DNA from: Lophium mytilinum
Lineage: Eukaryota
Direction: 5' to 3'
Length of the DNA stretch: 64,000 nucleotides
Assembly (NCBI GenBank): GCA_010093605.1
Contig: MU004193.1
Span: forward strand, 1,433,520 to 1,497,519
Positions within the stretch are counted from its first letter, which is position 1; every line of letters begins with the position of its first letter. A program made the translations under genes and the position numbers. The notes beneath the pieces are model-generated. The model did no database searches, was not told the DNA's origin, and saw nothing but the letters and a program-made list of their open reading frames with translations. Positions 50,810-63,449 of the stretch are shown here, in pieces.

Positions 50810-51138
50810 TACAGTAAAGCCCCGGTACAGCAATACGGTCGGTCGCCAGGGTTTGTATTACTGTGTAAAGATTATTACTACATCCAAAGTCACGTGTACC
50901 TGATTTGTAAGTTGTCAGCCCCGGAACCGCAAGACTAGGGGGTTTCTAGGGAAGATTAGAGGCGCCTTAGACCACCCGTGGATTCAAAACCCACCTCAGG
51001 ATAGAGCATATTGATGAGTGGGAGCTTGTAATATACTGTAAGCAGCTTACTTCTCAGAAGCGTACGGTCAGCCGAGATATATTACTTTGTAGAGTATACT
51101 ACTATATCCCCATATTACTATGTACATGTTTTACTGTA
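50810..51138. mobile_element. Putative degenerate Tc1/mariner-pogo-type MITE (~325 bp) with TA target duplication
   Basis: Left end TA-CAGTAAAGCCCCGGTACAGCAATACGG; right end (reverse complement) TA-CAGTAAAACATGTACATAGTAATATGG. Repeated internal TATTACT motifs near both ends; no ORF. Confidence 0.55.
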
Positions 51139-51808
51139 ATGCAACTCTACAGTGTCCCTCCTGGCCCGCGCCGTTTGATCGCCCCGTCATCAAACCGTTT
51201 CCCTCACCATCCTGACCATCTTCAGCTCTGACGGCTACCTCTACGCTCGCCACGGCGTCTCCGAGTCACCTCATCCCAGTGCCACCGCCCTAGTCGTCGA
51301 CATCTGACATGCATGGCATCGCTGCTCCACGTGAATCTACGGCCCTGGTACTCCCGTTCCACGGGTCGCCCTTCTTTAGCTGTGTACCACCCGTGGTGGC
51401 CGAATCCTTCAGCCCTACGACTATTAGACCCTACTAATAGTCCGTCAACTATCACTTGCAGGCGGATAGCAAGTTCCCACAAGCATGGAACATGGGTTGA
51501 AGAAGGGGTGCATAGCCGTTGCTCCCAGCGGACTTAATTCGGCCAGTCCTCCCGAGCTGTGCTGATATGTACATCTTTCTACCCCGCTTCGGCGTCCAGC
51601 TATGATAAAGCTCGCATTTTGGAGAAGTGGGGTCTCCGAATGCTGATTCTCCGAGGTAGGGTCTGGTAGTGGACTGACAGGGCGTCCTTTACTCTCGTCC
51701 GCCATCTTTATATCAATATAATTACGTTGGTACCGCCACTGTTCTCTTCTCCTTTCGTGACTCCCTTTAGCTTCCTCTTGTTAGCATTCTCCCCATCTAT
51801 TGAGAAAT

Positions 51809-53893
51809 ATGGCCAACCATCTGGACTCGAACTTCTCTACTAATGGCAACAATCGCATCGACGCAGACTTCAGCATCAGAGATCAGCCTGCACCGGAGAC
51901 TGACCAGTATGGCTACAGAATACGTGAGCAACCAATGGGTACGAAGCGACGGGTGAAAGTAATTCTAATGGGTGCTGGTGCATCTTCCTTGAATTTCTTC
52001 AAGAGAGCCGAGGAAGAGATGGAGAATCTGGACATAGTCTGTTATGAGAAGAACCACGATATAGGAGGGACCTGGCTTGAGAATAGGTGCAGCGCCGCCT
52101 TTTTGGCTATCACAAAGAAGCCATATGGCTGATCCATACAACACAGGTACCCTGGAGTTGCGTGTGACATTCCATCCGTCAACTATCAGTTTTCCTGGAA
52201 GATCACGCTATGGACCCATTATTACTCATACGGCCCTGAGATTTGGCAGTACCTAAAGTTAATCGAAAAAGAGAACAATTTCATTAAGAAATACATCAAG
52301 CTACAGCACCAGGTTGAGGGAGCAGAATGGGATGACAAGGCCGGAGTCTGGCGCTTCAAGGTGCGAAATCTAGAAACCGACGAGGTCATAAACGACAGCG
52401 CAGAATTCTTCATCAACGCCGGCGGCGTTCTCAACAACTGGAAATGGCCCAACATACCCGGTCTCCACGACTTCAAAGGCAAGCTAATGCACTCAGCGTA
52501 CTACGACGTATCGTACGATATTACTGGAAAGAAGGTGGCTGTTCTGGGAGCAGGCTCCAGTGGTGTCCAAATCGTTGCAGCCATCCAAAAGAAAGTCGGG
52601 AAGCTGTTTCACTGGGTACGCTCTCCTATCTGGATAACTGCCGGCTTTGCACAAACCTGGGCAGGCAAAGACGGCGCCAACTTCGCATGTAAGCCACCAC
52701 GTACATGTGGTAATATTCCCTCCCATGCCCTGCGCTACTAAAGCCAGCTAGACAGCAAAGAGCAGCTCAAATTCCTAAAAGAGAATCCGAAGAAATACCT
52801 CGAATACCGCAAACAAATCGAGAACGAATTGAATCAACGCTTCAGGTTTATCCTTAAAGGCAGCCCCCAAGCCCGTCTAGCACGCGAGTACGCCGAGGCA
52901 GAAATGACGCGCAAACTTTCCGACGATCCCCGACTCGTTGAGAAAATGATCCCGAAGGACTTCAACCCGGGTTGTAGACGGCCGACCCCGGCCCTTGGCT
53001 ATCTGGAAGCCCTCGTCGCGCCGAATGCGACTATTTTCACAGATGAGTTGAAGTGCTTCACTGAGACCGGCTTCGTGGATCATGCGGGCATGCATCACGA
53101 CGTCGACGCTGTAATCTGCGCGACAGGCTTCGATACATCATGGCTCCCGCGCTTCCCCTTCAAAGCGCACGGGAAAGACCTGCGTGAGCTGTGGAGCGAC
53201 GAGAACGGGTTAACATCATACCTCAGCATTGGAATCCCTACGTTCCCGAACCACTACTCTTATTGCGGGTATGTGATCTACTCTTCCGTCCATGTTCGCT
53301 TACCTTTCCTCCTGTCCAAATGTCTCTCTCGCTTCGATCTCTACTTCCTTAAATACTCGTATCTTAAATACTCGTATTGATGTGACGACCGCAGCCCTTA
53401 CGGCCCCCTCGGCCACGGCTCCTTCATCCCCCTGATCGAGGAATGGACCCGCTACATCTTCACCTGCATCTCCAAACTGCAAACCGAGAACCTCAAATCC
53501 CTGACCCCCACCCTCTCCGCATCTAGCCAATTCCGCCGGCATGCAGACCTCTTCCTGCAACGCACCGCGTGGTCGTCTCCCTGCGCGTCATGGTTCAAAC
53601 AAGGGAAGCGGGATGGCCAGGTGGCGGTGTGGCCGGGCAGTCGCTTACACTTCCTGGAGATGATGAAGGCGCCGCGGTATGAGGATTATGAGATTGAGTA
53701 CTGGGACGAGAATCGGTTCGCGTGGTTGGGGAATGGGTTTGTGACAAGGGAGGAGGAGGGAGATGGACGGGATATAACGTGGTATCTTGGGAGTTTGGAG
53801 GAGGGAGGAGGGGATGTGCAGCCGGTGTATGGGGAGGAGTTGAAGGGGGTGCTTGCTGGGTGGGCGATTGATGATGAGCATGAGGGAGAGTAG
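51809..53893 (+). CDS. Flavin-dependent Baeyer-Villiger-type monooxygenase (StcW/MoxY-like family; 4 exons)
   Basis: Motifs GAGAS, GGTWLENRYPGVACDIP (across an intron), FKGKLMHSAYY fingerprint, GAGSSG, GCRRPTP, ATGF and CASWFK. Confidence 0.88.
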
Positions 53894-54017
53894 AGACTGG
53901 ATGTGGTCGGAGGGGATCGCTTCAGTGGTGTCATTGATGTAACAAGGTAGAACCGTTAAACCACGGCCTATTTTCTCGGAAAACCTTTATCGACACCCAT
54001 GCAGTGAAAGAGTCGAA

Positions 54018-54100
54018 GGGGATATGCATCCGGTGTATGGGGAAGCGTCCAAGGGGGTGCTTGCTGGGTGGGCCGTTGGTGAGGTGAATGAGGGAGAGTA
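54018..54100 (+). repeat. Diverged 83-bp direct copy of the BVMO 3' end (53810-53892)
   Basis: Ungapped alignment at 208-bp offset, about 12 mismatches in 83 nt by manual count. Confidence 0.85.
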
Positions 54101-54308
54101 TAATACTAGGCTGTAAGTCTCCGCACGGATGGCACTGCTTGAGTGTTGCTTTGCAAGCTGGATGAAACTATCAAAAGCAGCCCCATTTTGAGGATACCTC
54201 ATGGTTAAGAGGACACTCAGACTATACTATCTAATATTTGACATGGCGTCTACGTTTTGGTCATTCTATAGGGGCACTCCTGGCAGTGGCAACCCAGTGT
54301 GCATAGAG

Positions 54309-56454
54309 TTATGGCCTATCACTGGAACGAGTTAGTGTGGTACGAGAGGATCGTTCTGGTCGTGGTGTCGTTAAGACAAGGCAGACCACGATCAGCGGGA
54401 AAAAAAGGATGAACGCTGCGATTCCCGCAATTCCATAACCCAAAACCCGACCGCCAAGCTTGAAGTCTCGAAACATGCCCAGGGCAAAGCATGCCAGAAT
54501 GATGCCCCAAACGGCTAGGTAGACCAAGAGCTGCATGACGACGAATATTCTTGAAGCCAACTTCGACACCGGCCGCTCGAACTTGCGGCCTACGGTCCAA
54601 CCGGCCCATGGCGACCAAATCGCCCGGCTGATCTTCGCTTTGGCGTACAATATCGCCCTGACACCAAAGTTCAGGACGATAGTTGCCGAGCTAATGATGA
54701 CGAGGACCCCTAGCCAATCGTAGAGGAGCGGCCCGAGGTTTTTGAACCTGGTGGACATGCTGAGGAAAGAGGAGGCGAGGGAGGCGGGCAGGAAGAGTGC
54801 GGCGAGGATGGTCAGCCGTTTGACGCTGGTGGATTCGCGGATATTTAGAAGTTTATTCTGCGTCTCGATTGTGCGATTGATTCGTTCTATCCTCCTCTCA
54901 CAGTTGAGGACGCGCTGGGAGCATGTCTCCCTAAGTCTAAGATACTTAGCCCTATGCTGGCATTCGAAGCTAAGTTCTCCTCCTGTGGGTGAGGTAGAGG
55001 GCGGCTGCAGGTCCATTACTTTGAGGAGGAAGAGGATCGCGCCGGTCACGTCCTGTACGGTCTGCAGAATCTGCTCACATTCTTGCAGCTGGCCAATGAT
55101 GTCGGAGTCTGACCCTGAGGGGACTTGGTTAAACCGATGGGGCAGGCTAAAGATCATGTGGAAGAGTGGGTCGTCCTCGAATTTTTCTTGATCCAGCAGC
55201 AGGAAGTCCTCAAAGTAGCTCGCTTCTTGCAGATAGACACAGGTGAGGAGAAAGTCCATGACCAGGAACTGTGCACACTGCTTCAGTGCGCCACTCGCGA
55301 TGCTGATCCACTGTGTGCGGCCGGCCAGTATGCGATCTACGAGGCTTTAGTTTGAGAACGTGAAGTGTTCAGCTGGGCGGAGGGATGGATATACAGAGGA
55401 TGCCCTGCTGTGGCTCACGATGACAACTGGGTAGCTCAGCTAAATGACAATGCACATCAATAGGACTCCACGACTTACCGACCAGGCGATTCTCCCCCAC
55501 CTCAGCACAACAATAGTATGATTTACTCATAGCCAGCGGGCCATCCAACATGCCTGGCCTCAGCATCGAGCGCGTCCAGATCTTCTTCAATGGGAATGAC
55601 TCAGAGGTTTGCAAAAACTGGGAGCATATGGCCTCGATGTCTGTCGCTGGGGTTCCCCGATGGCGCTTGAGACCCTCGCCATGTATCATGTAGTCCAACG
55701 TAGGAGATTCAAGCCCGTATGCGTTCGCAAAGTGTTGCACTAAATTCTGCTGAATTGGCAACTCATATTTCAATGGAATGAACTCTCTGTCAAAGGTGTA
55801 TTCAATGATTCTTGCCCTGCCCCCCGAATGCTGCGTTACCCGTTTTAGGGAAGCACCAATGTCTTGAGCTGGATCATGTACGAGCAGGATCCTGCAAGGA
55901 TCGCTGCGATCAAATGGCACGTCTACAATACGTAGGATCCAACTTGAATGGAGTTCTTCTGAAGTCTCTATTGGGGACTGAGGAACGTCATCTCTTTCTG
56001 GGTCGTTCAGGCTCGGCGTACGTCGACCGACACGCGGACCAGGCGGCGGCTGATTTAAATCTATTGTAGGCTGACGAATGGGTGCGCGAACGAATTGACC
56101 GGCAGCGTGACGTAGAGACGAGTTGGTCGCGCAGCGATTTGTTGGATCAATAGGCTGGTGATGCACTGTACTCTTGGTCTTCTCTGTTGGTGTCTGGCCG
56201 CGTGCGTGTTGAGGTATTTGAAGCACTAGGTTGGCTAGCGGGCTGCCCACCGCAACCGGCCTGCTAGATAGGCCCACGGCTTTCTCTACCTCCTTCGCAT
56301 CCTGTTGCACATCATTGCGGGGAGCAGTCACTGGTTGCTCGGTCGGATGCTGAGAGCTCGGAGGATTAGGCGCGTTTGCAGTAGAGCTAGGCGTCGGAGG
56401 AGCGGCGACAAGGCTGAACCTTGGTTTCGCGTCCGACGATGTGGGATCTGACAT
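54309..56454 (-). CDS. CorA-like (Mg2+ transporter-like C-terminal TM) fungal protein; possibly interrupted by an in-frame TAA at 55347-55349
   Basis: Coiled-coil followed by SVKRLTILAALFLPASLASSFLSM (GMN position degenerate) and further TM helices. The upstream ORF ends at a GTAAGT donor (55478). Confidence 0.6.
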
Positions 56455-58606
56455 GCTAGAGCTACAGAGCGAAGCTAGTTGCTGGTTGATATATTATAGC
56501 TGTCAAGGTCGACAAAATTTGAGTTGTGAGAAAGAAGAAGTGGACGAGAGGCTGAGTTGAGAGATGCAAGTATGATTGAGATGCCTGCTCGTGGGCCGTG
56601 GCTTGATCTGCGGGTGCTCATAGGCTGTCAATCATTGTGGCTGCTAGGGGAGATACGAGTTTCAAGTTGCAGCTGAAGTACATAGCACAGAGAAAATATT
56701 TCCTAGGTTGGGCTGCAATGTGTTAGTTTATCGGGTTGTTTCCCCAAATTCTTTAGAAAATCAGTTAGTTTGAGTTCTTGAAGGAAAAGAAGAGAGTAGG
56801 AGAAAGTAGAGTCACGTGAGGGTGTATCTTCAAGGCGGGGTTGGATATCGTCGTCTGAGTACCTTGGTAAGAGGTATCTCTTGAGTGCGAAGCATTCTCT
56901 TGGACTCGCTAGACTCGAAATATCTTTCGGCGTGGGGGATAGGGAAACATACTAGACATAGGAAACCCTTGGGAAGCTCGCTATCAATTATGGGGCGTAT
57001 CGCACCACCAACCCGGTGGAGACTGTGGTTGCCAAGGAAGATTATCCTACCTTTGTACATTTCGTATCATGAAGCAAAAGATAAATCAAGTGGAGCAGCA
57101 AATGAAAGGAACCCTTGGCTCTTCTAGAAGTGCGCTAGAACTTTGAAGCCTGGGGAGTGGAAGGGGGCTTGGCTCCCAACAAATGGCGCAGAACTATAGC
57201 CGCATTTCACTGCGAAACCATAGAAAAGCTGACGATGCCGAAGCTCGTACCTAGCGCCAACTATACACTAACACTAAGCAGGCGTATTTACAAGGCAGGC
57301 GATGTGCCGGTGCCTGAGGATGACATGCTACTGAGAAATCATTCAGTGATGGATGCTGAAGAAGTTTTATTCTCTTAAAACGCTGGATCCCTCATGATGC
57401 CACCAATCTCTTGGTCCCGATGGATATTCATGATTGATCAGTCGATTTGCGTCGTACAAGTGCAACGTACTACACACTCCTCAATCAAGAGAGGTCTCGC
57501 AACAAGGGGTCTGCCGATGCTGACTGCCTTGCTCACAAGATCTAGAACTCGGCTCATACCCAGCCTCGGTGCCATGAGGTTGCACACACAGCCCGCCATC
57601 CCCAGCTGCATCTGCTTACAGGGTGTGAGGGCTTCCTCCACGCCATACTGCCATGCACATCCGGACTGGCGTGGAAGCCTTCTAGCGCGGCACTCTAGAA
57701 AACTCTTGGTGCCCGCAGTGGGGCCAAGTCGCGCCAAAGGGCGCGCAGCCTCCACCAAGGAGCGCGTGCCAGGTCTGTGAGCCTTGTCTAAGCGGGCGCG
57801 GAGAGAATTTTACGCAATGATGCTGCGCGACTGGGGATAGAATTTTGCGCCCGCTACGTGGGACAAGAGGGCCAAGCAGCGCGAGCCATGAGAAATGCCG
57901 CTATACAACGTCTCTTATCTCTCATTTCACAACTGCGGCCACGGCTCAATCGCACCAGGCCATCCAACGTCGCTGGGCCGGCTTGGATGTGCTTGGCTCC
58001 GCTCGGAAACGAGGTTGACTCCGCTCCGCCAAGCTGAGTGAGGCCGCAGCTTATCCACATGAAGGAGGAGATTATGGGGATCCTGGATGACAGCCCATGG
58101 CCTGTCGCACACGCTCGATCGATGGCCCGTCCGTTTATAAACCTCCACATTCCCTGGACTCCCGTCGCAAAACACCATCTCAACAGCCTTGGGTTACGAA
58201 TCAAGCACCGTGCCCTTCCCTCGACAGCCCTGCACCACTTCGAGCCTCGAGGCTGTGTGCTACTGATTGCCAGCGCGGCTGCCTGGACTCTCAGCCTAAC
58301 GGACCCGCGTGAGATCCGCAAGATCATCTTCGGACTTTGAACCGGTATGTGCATTTCTCTTTATCTTAACTTCGCCTTTTCTTTGCACGTCGTTACGTTC
58401 TGTCTTCTGAATCTGTGAGTCGAGACCCTTGGAGGCATCCTACGCCAGTACAAATGCAACGTTAGGTTGACGCGAGCCGGCTGTGGCGCCGTCCTTGACC
58501 CCAGATACCCACTCAACTCTATTCACGTCACTCAACCACATGCCCGCAATATTACAACGGACCCCTCAAAACACTTTACTGACTTCCACCAGAAACACCA
58601 TCTGCC

Positions 58607-60438
58607 ATGGCCATTTGGAATAGGAATAGCCACTCTTCCGGCGTCAGTCCACAGCGGAGCGAGGAATATGGCATCAAGAATGACTACAACCCTCACGAGT
58701 ACCCCGCTGGGGAGTACCCGCAAGAGGGTGTCATGGTGGAGCCTGGAAGCGGCCAAACCAAGCTCACTCGAGGTCTCAAATCCCGCCATATTACTATGAT
58801 AGCAATCGGCGGTGCTATTGGAACTGGCCTCATTATCGGCACGGGCGCTGCGCTGGCAAAGGCTGGTCCGGCCAGTATCCTTATCAGTTATGCGTTCGTC
58901 GGTGTTCTCGTCTACATGGTCATGTGTGGTTTGGGAGAGATGGCTGCTTGGCTTCCCCTAGGCAGTGGTTTCTCTGGCTATGCTACTCGCTTCTGTGACC
59001 CTGCCCTCGGGTTTGCTCTAGGATACGTGAGTCCACCATCCGACCATTTTCCTAACTCTTCTAACGGGTGGTAGACCTACTGGTTCAAATATATCATCGT
59101 CACCCCTAACCAGCTCACCGCAGCGGCACTCGTAATACAATACTGGTGCCCGCCTGAGCGTGTCAACCCCGGTGTCTTCATCGCCGTCTTCTTCGTCGTC
59201 ATCCTCACTATCAACTATTTCGGGGTCAAGTTCTTCGGCGAATTCGAGTTCTGGCTCAGCAGTATCAAAGTCCTCGTTATTATTGGCTTGATCCTATTGT
59301 CCTTCATCCTTGCCCTTGGAGGCGGTCCCACCCATGACCGTACGGGGTTTAGGTACTGGAAAAACCCCGGTGCTTTCAAGCCCTACATTGAGAGTAAGGA
59401 GTCATGAGATCAGCCCTACATAAGAAGTCTACTAATCCTACAACAGCGGGAAGTGGAGGTAAATTCCTTGGTTTCTGGAGTTCGATGATTACAGCCGTGT
59501 TCGCCTACCTCGGAACTGAGCTCGTTGGTGTGACTGTTGGCGAAGCACAAAACCCGAGGAAAACGATTCCCCGCGCCATCAAGTTAACCTTCTTCCGGAT
59601 CATGTTCTTCTACGTCCTCAGTGTCTTTTTCCTGGGCATGATCGTGCCGTACAATTCCAAGGAACTAATATTCGCCAACAAGCAGGGTAGCAAGGCGTCC
59701 GCCTCTCCCTTCGTGGTTGCCATCTCCATTGCCAAGATCAAGGTTCTCCCTGGGTTCATCAATGGCTGCATTCTGCTCTTCGTCTTCAGCGCTGCTAACT
59801 CTGATCTCTACATTGCCTCCCGTACCATCTACGGTCTTGCATCCATGGGTAAGGCTCCCCGCATTCTAGCCAGAACCGACAAGCGCGGTGTTCCAATCTT
59901 CGCCCTCGGCCTCTCCTCCCTATTCTGCCTCCTCGCCTTCATGAACGTCAGCGACGACTCCAAAATAGTCTTCGGTTACTTCGTTAATCTCGTCACCATG
60001 TTTGGCCTCCTCGCCTGGATCTCCATCCTGGTCACCCACATCTACTTCGTGCGCGCCCGCCGCGCCCAAGGCATCACCAACGACCAGATGCCATACGTAG
60101 CGCCCTGTGGCATCTGGGGCTCATACATCGCCCTCTTCTTCTGCGTCCTCATTGCCATCACCAAGAACTTCAACGTCTTCACCAAGGGCGACTACGGATC
60201 GTTCGACTACAAGAACTTCATCACCGGCTACCTCGGCATCCCGCTCTACCTCATCATGATCTTCGGCTACAAGCTAATCATGAGGGAGGAGGGCGTGAAG
60301 CCCATGCACGCAGACTTCTATTCCGGAAAGGCGGAGATCGATGCCGAAGAGGCGGAATTCCTAGCGCAGCAAGCGGAGAAGCACCAGAATCCACAGGGTG
60401 GCTGGTTCTATCGGACGTTTGTTTCGTGGTTGTTCTAA
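58607..60438 (+). CDS. Amino acid permease of the YAT/APC family, Dip5-like (3 exons)
   Basis: Motifs RGLKSRHITMIAIGGAIGTGL, FFGEFEFWLSSIK, FAYLGTELVGVTVGEAQNPRKTIPRAIK and SAANSDLYIASR. Introns near 59.03-59.07 and 59.39-59.45 kb. Confidence 0.92.
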
Positions 60439-61429
60439 GCGTGGAGCGGCGTCTTGTTTTGGTTCCGTGTTACGATCGTTATTCGTGAGCATAGAGAATC
60501 GTTTACATGAGCGTGATAGATACCAGCGACTACGTTAGTCGTTTTTTGGACGATATACCATGTATCGAAATGCCATCTGAGTTTTACTTCAATTTGGTGT
60601 CTTGACTGCGCTATGTGCCTTTTCGGACCCGTGCTAATCGTAGCCCAAGAAGACCTTCAACCCCAGGAGTTTGCGCTTAAAAATCTTACGTCAGCCGTGG
60701 AGTCTCCGAACGTGGATGACGTTAACCCGACTTTCTGCTGATATTGCCCATGGAAATAAGCCCGGATCATCTTTAGTCTTTCGTTCTCTCAACTCGCGTT
60801 TTGTTCGTCTCGAATCTGCCCTTGTACACTACCCGCCGGACTCCCATTCGCAACAATCAGCAGATAACCATTCCGGACCTGATGATCTTTCAGCATTCGC
60901 TACCTCGAATTCAGCTTTTTGGAACCCCTCAATTAGGCTATCTATAGTGTTTGTCCTGGTGTTTACCCCCGTTATGATTCTTTAGCGTGACGGTACCGTG
61001 AAAGCCATAGACTGCGGACGAACTAACATTCATTGAATGGACATGCCCGTGATCCCACTTGACGACGTTAACCATTCACTATTCGACCATGTATGATATA
61101 TTAAACCAGTGGCATTTAGAAGTAGGAGGTAAGACCTCGATCTAAGTCCCCCATGCGACAACACTACATTGAGACAAAAATGTGAATGCCATTAATTACG
61201 TGCATTTTGACATTCATTGGTAGAAGATGTGACTGCTGGCTATAGCACTAAGACGTTTGAAGATTGATTGAATCGAACCTGAGGTTATATTGAAGTGAAT
61301 ACGTGAGCTTATACACGTGATAAAAAGGAGAGCAACGTGACGCTTAGTACCTACGTAGGATATACGTACTCATACGTATGAAGCTGTATAGATCCACACG
61401 AATTGACGGTGTAGGTGTGGAGGAGGATG

Positions 61430-61710
61430 TCGAGCCTATAGATTATATCTACGTTCTACTTTACTACTATAATAGTAGAGCTATAAAAAGTTAATAGGTT
61501 GTAATATTTTCTTTATCAAAAGGGGTAAGTAATTCTATACTTCTCTATTCTAGTTTTATACCCCCCTTCTATATATCCTCTAATTACCTTAGAGAGCTTA
61601 GATTACTACTCGAGTACTTGATTCTTATGTATATTTATATAATATAGAAAAGCTATATAGCCTTACTATTTTATTATATATTTTTTCTATTTCTAGTAGC
61701 CATAGTTGTA
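61430..61710. repeat. AT-rich, TpA-enriched patch consistent with a RIP-degraded repeat remnant
   Basis: Abrupt drop in GC with abundant TA/TAG/CTA and few CA/TG dinucleotides, located between two convergent genes. Confidence 0.5.
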
Positions 61711-61767
61711 AACTGATTATCGAGGCGTTTCTATCTTGTCGTCTCCCTTCTAGGCTGAGCCTTCGGC

Positions 61768-63449
61768 TCATGCAGCAGGAACAGGATTGTAGTACTCAAA
61801 CGTTTTTTTGGGATCCCACGCGCCCTTCAATCCCTTTAGTTTCTTAGTCCTCCACGGTTCATACCCATACATTTGCTCGAAGCCCTCCACGCCATTCGCA
61901 TAGTTGACATAGGTATGCCTAGTCTGATCCTTGGCCAGGCCAGAAAACCAGGTTTGCCGAATCTGCTCCCCGTACGCGTACGCATCGGCATTTGTTCGGG
62001 TATCATTACCGGCCCACCAGATGGTCGGGTTAGCAACGATTGGGTACACACGCTCGTCGAGGGAGAGAGAGGTGGAATTGGGGTTGACGGCTGTGACGCC
62101 TTGCATCCCGTAGTTCTCCATGAGCATAACGGAGGTGTTGAAGCGCGTATCGGCCGTCATTTTGGTGAAGACTTCGAAAGCTTTCCGGGCTACCGTGGCA
62201 TTCCATACTGGCAGGGAGGCTCCAGCACCCAGGGCGTTGAGGTTTGCTCGGCATGCGGTACTGTTCAGATTGTTCTGGGTCACGGTGTATAATGCGACGT
62301 AGTCGACATCCGTTGATACTGACGTTGAGATAGGGCCAACGGCTTTGAAAGGCGCAACATATTGCGCGGCCTCGGCCTCGTTACCCTCGTAGCCAATCGT
62401 GTATGCAATTATGGGCTAGACCTGGGTGTCAAAAAAGACTGACTAGAATAGAATTGGGAAACACTGACATATTTGGCATCGATGGGCGGGACCCTGGTCC
62501 AAACGCCGGTAAAAAACAGTTTCGCCGGACGGGTAGGGCTGCTGTCCTGTTCATTGATGACGGGGAGCAAAGTCTCAAGTTTGCTCTGGTCGTAGATGAG
62601 CGAGTACACGGTCCAGTTGCTCGTGATGTCGTAAATGGCGAGCTTCATGCTCGTCACCACAGCGAAGTTGTGGCCTGCACCCCGTAATGCCCAGAAGAGA
62701 TCTGCATGGCTGGTGTTCGAGGCCGTGAGAGCTGTTCCGTTTGCGAGAACAACATTGGCAGAGACGATGTTATCGAGCGAGAAACCGTGTTGGTTTTGGA
62801 GCATGGAGTGACCACCACCCATGAGAGGGCCGATCACTGACACGCATTCGCAGAGCCCAGTCACTGTTGGTTCCTCGTCAGCAGGCGCGCACATGGGATG
62901 ACAGGGACACCCTCACCTGCTTGTTTGTTATGCGCGAAGAGCTCCCTGGTAATCTCATACTGCAGAGTGCCGCCTCCCACCGTGGCAGTCTTGCCTCCAG
63001 CGTCAACTGTGGTGGTGTTCAACCTGCGCATATTAATCTGGATTCCATTCGGCAGGTTGTTGAGCGTCTTGGTCCAGCCATGGGTCCCTGCGCGCACAAG
63101 TTAGGCGCATCGCTCAGTGGCTGCTCTGGAATGACATACCGGACACAGTGAGGAAAGGAATGCCATGTTCGTGTGCGACTTGCACGGTTTTTTGGACATC
63201 ACCCTCGGTGCCAACCTCGACTACGACGTTGTAGTTGGGGTAGATACGAGGCGACGAACCCCGGACGAGCAGCTCGGCCCAATCAGGGTCATGGGGATAG
63301 ACAATCGCGGCTTTGTTGGAAAGCTGTGGCTCCAATGCCGCGCATGCAGCTTTCAGATCTTCAGCACGGGGTGTGAGTGGGTGCGCAGACACAGGAGCTG
63401 GAAGGCTGCCCAACCCCAGCCATGCGGCGAAGGCGACGAGAACGTGCAT
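61768..63449 (-). CDS. Secreted FAD-binding oxidoreductase (berberine-bridge-enzyme-like / AA7-type; 4 exons)
   Basis: Signal peptide MHVLVAFAAWLGLGSLPAPVSA; FLTVSG/THG FAD-attachment region across an intron; GPLMGGGHS, DLFWALRGAGHNFAVVT; C-terminal BBE motif YVNYANG...YGYEPWR..KL..LK..WDP. Confidence 0.88.

Noticed and set aside
53348..53377. 15-bp direct duplication cttaaatactcgtat x2
   Set aside because: Lies within a BVMO intron; ordinary slippage duplication.
57795..58503. GATA-like sites, a repeated AGAATTTTRCGC motif and a possible 5'UTR intron upstream of the permease
   Set aside because: Plausible for nitrogen regulation, but the motifs are too short to distinguish from chance without conservation or transcript data.
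51809..63449. BVMO, permease and BBE-like oxidase as a possible secondary-metabolite cluster
   Set aside because: No backbone enzyme (PKS/NRPS/terpene synthase) or pathway regulator in the window, and the genes are widely spaced.
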